14,356 nt of DNA, from IMG/VR virus record IMGVR_UViG_2526164619_000014. One strand, given 5' to 3'. Shown piece after piece: positions 7,670 to 14,356 of the stretch (position 1 is its first letter; each line of letters starts with the position of its first letter). The notes beneath the pieces were generated by a model. That model saw only the letters and a program-made list of their open reading frames with translations. It did no database searches and was not told the origin of the DNA. The stretch comes from a virus. Taxonomy: Duplodnaviria > Heunggongvirae > Uroviricota > Caudoviricetes. The position numbers and the translations under genes were made by a program.

Positions 7670-10338
7670 CAATACAGACGGTTACGCAGGTTTCAGCCGC
7701 CGCACGGGGGAAATGGCCCGTTATTCTGCAGATGCTGCGTATTGATGTACCTGAAAACGGCAGGCACGGTCCCTGCCCGAAATGTGGGGGCAAGGATCGT
7801 TTTCGCCTTGATGACCTTGACGGGCGCGGGACGTGGATCTGCAGCCAGTGTGGCAATGGTGACGGTCTGGATCTGGTTAAGCTCGTAACCGGTTACAGCG
7901 TCAGAAAGGCTGCGCAGGAGGTGGCGCAGGTGCTTAATGTGCCGGATATGCAGGAACTGCCTGTTAAGCCTGCCAGACAAAAAGCCCCTAAACGCGACAT
8001 GGGTCTTACCGTGGCGGCGCTGATGAAAGAGAGCCACACGGGAGAAAGCGCCTATCTGACAGGAAAAGGGTTCGCCGGATACCCGGCCTCTCTGACCGGA
8101 AGCGTACAGCATATCAGCGGTAAGGATTTTCCTGCCGGTTCCCTGCTGTTACCACTCACGACCAACACCGGAGCCGTGACCGGTGCACAGCTTATCGCCC
8201 CGACGGGTGAAAAAAGCATACTGCCCGGCAGCACGATGAAAGGCGCGTTTGTGTCGCTCAGCCCGTTACCGTCTGAACCACCGATACAGGTGGTGATTAC
8301 CGAAGGTTACGCTACGGCGCTGACGGTAAGCCAGCTCACTGCCGGATGCGTAGTGGCTGCCATATCTGCGGGCAACCTGCCCAATGTGGCGCAGTCGCTG
8401 CGGGCACGCTGGCCTGAGGTAAAAATTATCATCGCCGGTGATAACGATTTTCAGGACGGGGGTGAGAATCCCGGCAGAGCCTTTGCTGAACGGGCGGCAA
8501 AAGCTGTTGGCGGCTGGATGACGCTGCCACCAGGAGAGATTAAGGCTGACTGGAATGACTTTCATCGGGAGCACGGTATTACCCGTGCCCGTGAAGCCTT
8601 TCGCAACGGTCTGGTACTCTGCGGGGAAAGCCGCACGCAACTGCCGCACGGGTTCCGTCTTACCCAGGAATATCTCTGGTATGAAAAGCAGGTACAGCGC
8701 AACGGTGAGACGGAGATCCAGAACGTCAAAATATGCAGCCCGCTGCGCGTGACGGCAATCACCTGCGATGCCGATGGCGGTAACTTCGGACGACTGCTGG
8801 AATGGGAAGATACGTGGGGTGAGTGTCGCCGCTGGGCGATGCCGATGGAAATGCTGAGCGGCAGTGGTGAGGAACTGCGCCGGGTACTGCTGGTTAACGG
8901 GCTGTCTTATATCAGCACCACCGGTGAGGCACGCGCACGCCTGATGGAATATATCTCACTGTGTAAACCGGAACGCCGCGTGACCTGCATCAGTCGTACT
9001 GGCTGGCATGGTCAGGTTTACGTCCTGCAGGATGAGGTCAGCGGTGAAGGTGCAGAGGGTGTCATTCTCCAGACCACTTCCGTGCAGGGGCGTGATTTCC
9101 GCGTGTCGGGCACAACAGAGGAATGGCGGGAGCATGTATCCCGCTACTGTACCGGCAACTCCCGCGTGGCATTTGCTGTCAGCCTGGCCTTTGCTGCACC
9201 ACTGTTACGGCTGGTTGGTATGGACGGCGGCGGCTACCACCTCAAAGGGGAATCGACAGACGGTAAGACCACCACCATGAAAGCAGCAACCTCCGTCTGC
9301 GGCGGGCCTGACTACTGGCAGACATGGCGGGCCACCGGCAACGCGCTGGAGGGATGCGCCAGCCGCCGCAACGATGCCGCCATGATGCTTGATGAGATCC
9401 GGGAAGTTGACGGACGCGAGGCAGGCAATATCGCCTACATGCTGGCAAACGGTCAGGGCAAGGGCCGTGCCGGTACGGACGGTGAGCTGCGTACCCGTAA
9501 GCAGTGGCGCCTGTTGTTCTTTTCAACTGGCGAATTGTCTCTGACCGAACATGCGGCAAAGGCCGGTGAGCGTACTTTTGCCGGGATGGAAGTCAGGATG
9601 ATCCAGATCCCCAGCGATTCCGGGAAGTTTGGCGTTTTTGAGGAGCTGCACGGCTTCGACAGCGGCAAGGCTCTGGCAGAGCATCTTGAATGGGCCACGT
9701 CCTGCTACTACGGTTCGCCGTTCCGGGAGTGGCTGAAAGCACTGACCGCTGATCTTAACGGACTAACGGCACAGGCAAAATCGCTGATGAAGGAATATGC
9801 TGCCGCCCTGACTCCGAAAGATGCAGGCAATCAGGTGGGCCGGGCTGTGAACCGCTTTGCACTGGTGGCGATGGCAGGTGAACTGGCAACCCGTCTGGGT
9901 ATCACCGGCTGGCCTGAGGGTGAAGCACTGCGGGCAACCCGCGTCTGCCTGAACGCATGGCTGAAAGATCGCGGGCACACCGCCAATCAGGAAGATATCG
10001 CCGCACTGGAGCAGGTTCGCAGTTTCTTTACCGCGAATCAGTACAGCCGCTTTGCAGACTGGTATGACGAGCGCAACCGCCCCGGCAATATGGTGGGCTG
10101 GCGAAGGGTGGAGAAAGGCAGTACCGCGCAGGGCACGGAAGCTGTCACTACGTTCTATGTCATGCCGTCCGGCTGGAAAGAAATCTGCAGGGGATTTGAC
10201 CCGCGCAAGGTGGCGCGTCTGTGCGCAGATCGTGGATACCTGCTGCCCTCCACTGATGGCAAACTCCAGACAACCATTCGCCCGCCAGAGATGAATCCCC
10301 GCAGGCTCTATGTCTTCAACAGCGAGGTGCCGGGTTAA
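7666..10338 (+). CDS. P4 alpha-like primase/helicase (zinc-binding N-terminus, TOPRIM primase, D5-type P-loop NTPase)
   Basis: 890-aa ORF. N-terminal CPKCGGKDRFRLDD..WICSQCG zinc-ribbon typical of P4-family primases. Walker A GESTDGKT at about residue 525. GAGGGGG Shine-Dalgarno before ATG 7666. Confidence 0.9.
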   Translation: MTIQTVTQVSAAARGKWPVILQMLRIDVPENGRHGPCPKCGGKDRFRLDDLDGRGTWICSQCGNGDGLDLVKLVTGYSVRKAAQEVAQVLNVPDMQELPVKPARQKAPKRDMGLTVAALMKESHTGESAYLTGKGFAGYPASLTGSVQHISGKDFPAGSLLLPLTTNTGAVTGAQLIAPTGEKSILPGSTMKGAFVSLSPLPSEPPIQVVITEGYATALTVSQLTAGCVVAAISAGNLPNVAQSLRARWPEVKIIIAGDNDFQDGGENPGRAFAERAAKAVGGWMTLPPGEIKADWNDFHREHGITRAREAFRNGLVLCGESRTQLPHGFRLTQEYLWYEKQVQRNGETEIQNVKICSPLRVTAITCDADGGNFGRLLEWEDTWGECRRWAMPMEMLSGSGEELRRVLLVNGLSYISTTGEARARLMEYISLCKPERRVTCISRTGWHGQVYVLQDEVSGEGAEGVILQTTSVQGRDFRVSGTTEEWREHVSRYCTGNSRVAFAVSLAFAAPLLRLVGMDGGGYHLKGESTDGKTTTMKAATSVCGGPDYWQTWRATGNALEGCASRRNDAAMMLDEIREVDGREAGNIAYMLANGQGKGRAGTDGELRTRKQWRLLFFSTGELSLTEHAAKAGERTFAGMEVRMIQIPSDSGKFGVFEELHGFDSGKALAEHLEWATSCYYGSPFREWLKALTADLNGLTAQAKSLMKEYAAALTPKDAGNQVGRAVNRFALVAMAGELATRLGITGWPEGEALRATRVCLNAWLKDRGHTANQEDIAALEQVRSFFTANQYSRFADWYDERNRPGNMVGWRRVEKGSTAQGTEAVTTFYVMPSGWKEICRGFDPRKVARLCADRGYLLPSTDGKLQTTIRPPEMNPRRLYVFNSEVPG

Positions 10339-10370
10339 GGCTTTGCGTGAGTCTTATTTATTAAGGGTAA

Positions 10371-10560
10371 CAGGTGAAACAGGTGGAACAACCGTATTTT
10401 ACAGGGCTGAACCTGTTCCACCTTCTGAAATAGTGAGGTGGAACAGATGTAACGCCAGCCAATCCGCTGTTCCACCTTGTTACCCGCGATGTTCCACCGG
10501 TGCAGTGTATATAAATGCCTTATAAAACAAAGCTGTAACACATGTTTCACCTGTTCCACC
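10371..10560. repeat. iteron array (putative replication origin / crr-like region): six copies of TGTTCCACC in both orientations plus two GTTTCACC variants and an AT-rich box
   Basis: TGTTCCACC at 10414-10422, 10468-10476, 10490-10498, 10552-10560; GGTGGAACA at 10382-10390 and 10437-10445; variants at 10373-10380 (complement orientation) and 10544-10551. AT-rich stretch 10505-10540. Lies directly 3' of the primase gene. Confidence 0.6.
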
Positions 10561-10648
10561 GCATCAGGGACATAAAGCAGACTGAAACAGAGGGCATTTT
10601 TATCTGGCTGGCTTTCATAGCCACGTCTGAATAACCGCAAGCGCCCGT

Positions 10649-10704
10649 TGTGCCAGCCACCACACACTGAGCACCGATAGTGTGCTTGTGTCAGCCACGA
10701 CACA
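10649..10704 (+). promoter_or_regulatory. candidate late promoter region for the sid-like operon with two TGT-N12-ACA dyads (Ogr/Delta-type activator sites)
   Basis: TGT 10649-10651 / ACA 10664-10666 and TGT 10687-10689 / ACA 10702-10704, 35-90 bp upstream of ATG 10739. The dyad is short enough to occur by chance, so this is tentative. Confidence 0.35.
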
Positions 10705-10738
10705 ATTGACGTAACGAACCAACCCGACAGGAGAAGTC

Positions 10739-11482
10739 ATGAACAATACCGCAGTAAATAACAACCTTTCCACTTTTCCGGCTGTAACGCAGCGGGCACT
10801 GGAAACCATGAACACAGCCAGAAACGCATGGCTTGAAGCACGTCGTCAGCAGAAAGCGGCAGCGGATAATATTGCGACAATCCGCCAGCGTCGCGCTGAA
10901 ATGGAAGCCACGACGAACACACTGAATGAGGAGTGGCGCACGCTGTTTCGTGAAAGTCAGGGCGTGGTCTCAAAGGAAATGAAAAAACTGCGCACGGAAA
11001 TTGCGCTGGGACGAGAAACGCTTGAGGATTTTGATGAGCTGCTGGCGGCTCAGGAAAGCGAAAATGCACTTTTGCCGCAGAAAGCTGCAGAATTAGCCGG
11101 AAAGTATATCCACGCGCATAACATTCTTGTGGATATTCGCGCAAAACAAATCTGGGAGGATTTTATGCAGTCGCATGGAAAAGCGCTTATTCAGACGCTG
11201 AGCCTGCTTAAATCCACAATGGGCCGGGAAGCCAGTGCCGTTGTGGGTGTGGTGAATTCAGTTAATGACCCGGACACAGTGCTGAAAGACTTTATTCATA
11301 AACATATCACCAGACCGGCTCTGGCTAACGATGCGATGCCTGAGCAGGACCCGGTGTTTAAACTGGCGGGAGTTGCCCCGGATTATGCGGCGCGTCTGGA
11401 TTTCAGTAATCAACTCTCTCCGGCAGCTATGCATAAAATTAAGGTTCGTCAGGAACTCGCTGAGAAGGAGAAAGCAGTATGA
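10739..11482 (+). CDS. sid: Sid-like protein (P4 capsid size-determination / external scaffold homologue)
   Basis: 247-aa alpha-helical, charged protein; size and position (first gene of the late operon, followed by Psu-like and Ogr/Delta genes) fit P4 Sid. N-terminus resembles the Psu-like protein downstream. Assignment by context and recalled similarity only. Confidence 0.5.
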   Translation: MNNTAVNNNLSTFPAVTQRALETMNTARNAWLEARRQQKAAADNIATIRQRRAEMEATTNTLNEEWRTLFRESQGVVSKEMKKLRTEIALGRETLEDFDELLAAQESENALLPQKAAELAGKYIHAHNILVDIRAKQIWEDFMQSHGKALIQTLSLLKSTMGREASAVVGVVNSVNDPDTVLKDFIHKHITRPALANDAMPEQDPVFKLAGVAPDYAARLDFSNQLSPAAMHKIKVRQELAEKEKAV

Positions 11483-12030
11483 CGGCCCGAGGCACGCCTG
11501 ACCAGGCACTTACCAGTTTTCGGAATGCCCGTATTCTGTGGGCCGGACATAGTGAGAGCCGAAAAGCCGTTGAACAACAGATAACATCTCTCCTCGCTGC
11601 CACAGAAAAACCAGCAGATTATGCCCGACAGCTCGAATTACTGCGGGAACGTCTGGATGTGCTGAAATGGCAAATTAACTGTGCTGCGCGCGAATGCATT
11701 TACGCGCAGCATTTACTGATGGAGGCCTGCACAGAAGCCGCTCTCAGCAATTTTATGCAGGCGAATGGGGCAGCCCTGACATCTGCACTGGCTCCGTTCC
11801 TGAAGGGGCGCGGAGGGGTTGACGTTGCGTCCCGTATATTACGCAGTGCTCTGGTTCGCCAGCTGGCAATAACACCGCCTGAAATTGCCGGGGATTATCG
11901 TGAGATCCTGGATGAATCCGGTTTGATACCTGACCCCGGGATGATTCGTGATTGCCAGGACTCTTACACCCCGGCACAACATCTGCATTTTCAGCAACGC
12001 CTGAATGACATTAACGATATACAGGAGTGA
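11479..12030 (+). CDS. psu: Psu-like protein (P4 polarity suppression protein homologue)
   Basis: 183-aa ORF, ATGA-coupled to the preceding gene. Contains ..KWQINCAA.., ..FMQANGAALTSALAP.., ..YTPAQHL.. which match motifs I recall from P4 Psu (not verified by search). Confidence 0.6.
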   Translation: MTARGTPDQALTSFRNARILWAGHSESRKAVEQQITSLLAATEKPADYARQLELLRERLDVLKWQINCAARECIYAQHLLMEACTEAALSNFMQANGAALTSALAPFLKGRGGVDVASRILRSALVRQLAITPPEIAGDYREILDESGLIPDPGMIRDCQDSYTPAQHLHFQQRLNDINDIQE

Positions 12031-12308
12031 TTTTAAGGGCACTTAAATGTCCGGAATGCGGTACAGTTGCACACGCCAGAACAGCAGCCTATGAAGCTCC
12101 GTCAGTTAAACGCTCGTGGTATCAGTGCCAGAATCTGGAATGTTCCTGCACATTTACGGCACTGGAGAGTGTGGATAAGATAATCATGAAACCCCGGCGC
12201 AATGAACAGGAACCAGACAAATCACACCCCCCGGTAAAACAACAGCAAACGCTCAATCGCTATGGCTCCGCGTCAAAACTGTCAAGCCGTCAGCAGATTC
12301 CTGTCTGA
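12027..12308 (+). CDS. Ogr/Delta-family zinc-finger late-gene transcriptional activator
   Basis: ..CPECGTVAHART..YQCQNLECSCTFTALESV..IMKP.. is the Ogr/Delta signature (C-x2-C ... C-x4-C). Apparent GTG start overlapping the psu-like stop (GTGA). Confidence 0.85.
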   Translation: MILRALKCPECGTVAHARTAAYEAPSVKRSWYQCQNLECSCTFTALESVDKIIMKPRRNEQEPDKSHPPVKQQQTLNRYGSASKLSSRQQIPV

Positions 12309-12328
12309 TTAGAAAAAACGCCCACGTA

Positions 12329-12353
12329 ATCCCGGTCGAGTACCGGGATTTTT
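12329..12353 (+). terminator. intrinsic terminator of the late operon
   Basis: Perfect 8-bp stem ATCCCGGT / ACCGGGAT with 5-nt loop, followed by TTTT; 20 bp after the Ogr/Delta stop codon. Confidence 0.7.
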
Positions 12354-12380
12354 AACACCTTTTCCCTGGCTGGCCTGAGA

Positions 12381-12495
12381 GCGCATGAGTGCATGTCTAT
12401 AGCGCATGAAAACGCATGAACCTTATGCACCATTTTTGACGAGAAAGCCCTTGTGTGGTGGCTTCTGAGACGATTTATGAGGTGCATGAAAACCA
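12381..12495. repeat. cluster of GCATGA(A) direct repeats in the intergenic region after the late operon
   Basis: GCGCATGA 12381-12388, GTGCATG 12389-12395, GCGCATGAAAAC 12402-12413, GCATGAA 12414-12420, GTGCATGAAAACC 12483-12495. Function unknown. Confidence 0.4.
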
Positions 12496-12791
12496 GTCTG
12501 TTAAGCGAAGCGGGCAGGCGTGCGGGGCTGTTCGCATCAACATAAAAATAACGGGCTGATATAGTTATAAAATCAAATGAACTCTTTTAGTACGACATGG
12601 GTATGTGCGCCAGTAGCAACGTCAGCCCCCAAGCTTTCTATTGTTCTTTTCTGTTGTACCATCAATACGTACCGATTAGCTCCTAAGCATCAATATCAGT
12701 TTGAACGTATTGCTTTGAACTAATTTTTAGATGATTTTTTTCATTAAAAATTATAATGTTGTAGATAAAAAGAGAATCTTATAGAGGCGTT

Positions 12792-13480
12792 ATGTCAAAT
12801 AAAGTTGATGTTTTTTGAGCCGAGTTAGCCATGTATCACAGTTTGTATTGGTGGCATTTGCTATTTTTGGATATTTTTATACAGTAAGACCAATTTACCA
12901 AAAGGAACTTTTATCAGAAGAAATTGCAAAAAAAGAAGTTGAATTAAATAAATTAAAAACTGCAATGGAAAACTCCCAAAAATTTATAGAGAATAATAAA
13001 ATCTTACGAAAAGAATTGGAGGGAAGCATTGCCAAACTTGATTTACAATACAAAGAATCAGAAGAAAAATTAAATTCAATAAATTCTGAACTAAGAAAAA
13101 CTTTAAATGAACTAAATAAACAAAAGACCATTGCCAAAAGAGCGGTCAATGCAAACAACAAGAATCTTGAATCTGTTTTCTGGGAGAATTTTTCGGGGCT
13201 AGTTGGAGTAGTTTATATTTCTAAGAGCACAGATTTTGTGAACAATACACTGGGTGACGCCAAAACAGCCTATAATACTCCTAGTAATTTATATATATCT
13301 CCTTATGATGCAATTAATGAAGCATTAAAAAATGGCAATCATAACTTTATCTCAAGTTCAGAAAATGTCCCTGAAAATATCCGCAACAAAATTCTAGCAA
13401 AGATCCGTCGCGCTATTGAAAAAAATAAGATTTCATTAACAAAAAACCTATCGGTTTTGATGAAAAAATTAATAGCCTGA
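12792..13480 (+). CDS. cargo protein A: membrane-anchored coiled-coil protein of unknown function (about 229 aa if read from ATG 12792 through a one-base frame break in the T6 run 12811-12816; the ORF track gives TTG 12815..13480)
   Basis: AGAGG Shine-Dalgarno then ATG 12792 encodes MSNKVDVF and stops at TGA 12816-12818; the long ORF continues in the -1 frame from 12815. The joined N-terminus MSNKVDVFLSRVSH.. aligns with the in-frame N-terminus of the downstream paralogue. One hydrophobic helix (FVLVAFAIFGYFYTV), then a K/E-rich coiled-coil-like region. Strongly AT-rich. Confidence 0.6.
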
Positions 13481-13921
13481 TAAAAACTATAGAGTCAACT
13501 AAGTTACGCAAAAATGAAAACGAAATAATGAAAAATAACACTGCAGAAAGAGAACTATCATCTTATATTTTCCTGATAAATGGTCAATCAAGAATCCGCG
13601 CCATGGATTTCTTAAAAGACATTCAACATTTAGACTAATATTGGATATCTTATAATGAATACTAATACTAAATTTGATTTATGGTTGATTAGAGTAAGTT
13701 ACATTGCCCAAGTTGGATTGTTTTTTTGACAACCTTTACAATATTTTACACAGTAATTCCGATATACCAAAATGCAAATCTGCAGGAATCAATAGCAAAA
13801 AAGAAATCGAATATAAACAATTACAAGACAAAGAAAAACTCTATATTTAAAGTTAAGAAAGGAATATTCAAGAAAATATGTTGTTGATGCAATCTCCCAA
13901 TGTTCTCCAACAGAAATACTT

Positions 13922-14356
13922 ATGCGTCAACCATCTGAAGATGACAGTAAAAAATCACATGATGTAAGAATGAAGGAATTAAAAACATTTTTAAACAAAG
14001 ATATAACCAGTTGCTTTGAAAAAACTTTTTATAGCAACCCTTACATTAAGGAATTAAGAGACACTGATCAACAAAATATTCTTCTTAAAATTAAAAATTT
14101 ATCCCCCACTATAACTAAACTACATGAAAAATATAAAGCAGAATTTGATGACGATAGCAAGTTATTGAATACTGGAAAAGAAAAATCGACAAGATTAAAA
14201 GAGGTGGAAGATTATTTAATAGGAATAGGAGGTTACACAGAAAACAGCAAAAAGGATTTTGAAAACTCATACATAGAATCTGGAGCATATGACTTGGTTG
14301 TAAGGTATGGTTTTGAAGTCAACGATCTATTTTCCAAAACCATCAGAGACAATTAA
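13922..14356 (+). CDS. cargo protein B, C-terminal 144 aa as an intact ORF; the full paralogous gene probably starts at ATG 13655 and is interrupted by three one-base frame breaks (T run 13721-13727, A run 13797-13802, A run 13834-13838)
   Basis: Reading 13655..14356 with one base added at each of the three runs gives MNTNTKFDLWLIRVSYIAQVGLFFLTTFTIFYTVIPIYQNANLQESIAKKEIEYKQLQDKEKTLYLKLRKEY.. which aligns with cargo protein A over about 70 residues. The C-terminal half is unrelated to protein A. Stop codon is the last three bases of the window. Confidence 0.5.
   Translation: MRQPSEDDSKKSHDVRMKELKTFLNKDITSCFEKTFYSNPYIKELRDTDQQNILLKIKNLSPTITKLHEKYKAEFDDDSKLLNTGKEKSTRLKEVEDYLIGIGGYTENSKKDFENSYIESGAYDLVVRYGFEVNDLFSKTIRDN

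Noticed and set aside
7693-9978. Several 60-140-aa ORFs antisense to or nested within the primase gene
   Set aside because: Shadow ORFs typical of a long G+C-rich gene; the 890-aa primase frame explains the region.
10371-10560. Possible CRISPR array
   Set aside because: Units are only 9 bp, occur in both orientations with irregular spacing, and there are no cas genes; iterons fit better.
10310-10703. ORFs of 71 aa (plus) and 122 aa (minus) overlapping the iteron region
   Set aside because: They read through the repeated TGTTCCACC units and the AT-rich box and have no start context; better explained as a non-coding origin-like region.
12290-12487. 65-aa minus-strand ORF after the late operon
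   Set aside because: Spans the intrinsic terminator hairpin and the GCATGA repeats, which create its His/Ala/Ser-rich translation.
12505-12535. Canonical P2/P4 19-nt cohesive end
   Set aside because: No exact match to the cos sequence as I recall it; only a loose G+C-rich resemblance, kept as a weak finding rather than a feature.
12895-13161. 88-aa minus-strand ORF inside cargo gene A
   Set aside because: Antisense to the longer ORF; Phe/Ser-rich translation from reading an AT-rich sequence backwards.
2131-14356. attR (direct repeat of the tRNA 3' end) marking the right end of the element
   Set aside because: No copy of the tRNA 3'-terminal 15-20 nt was found elsewhere in the window; the element most likely extends beyond position 14356.

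Overview
Host-island junction. Positions 1-2130 are conserved enterobacterial chromosome: mlaA (minus strand), yfdC, then a tRNA-Arg(CCU) gene of the argW type. From the tRNA 3' end (about 2130) to the end of the window lies a P4-like phage satellite; attR is not in the window. Recognised satellite genes, in order: P4-type tyrosine integrase (frame-broken in an A6 run), an AT-rich 293-aa unknown ORF, AlpA-family regulator, a convergent RHH-type regulator with palindromic operators, an Icd-like protein, and a translationally coupled three-gene operon ending in the alpha primase/helicase. The first gene of that operon is split by an IS3-family (IS600-like) insertion flanked by a 3-bp TGC target duplication. 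Downstream come a crr/ori-like array of 9-bp iterons, the late operon (Sid-like, Psu-like, Ogr/Delta zinc-finger activator) and a strong intrinsic terminator. Beyond the terminator (about 12.4-14.36 kb) the sequence becomes strongly AT-rich and encodes two tandem paralogous proteins of about 230 aa, each with an N-terminal membrane anchor, a coiled-coil-like segment and a divergent C-terminal half, with no domain I can recognise. This occupies the position known as the defence-system hotspot of P4-like satellites and is my best candidate for an undescribed system; it may continue past the window end. Caveat: every frame break I found outside the IS is a one-base loss inside an A/T homopolymer, so assembly error must be excluded before calling these genes decayed. 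All homology statements are from reading the translations and from memory; no database search was run.
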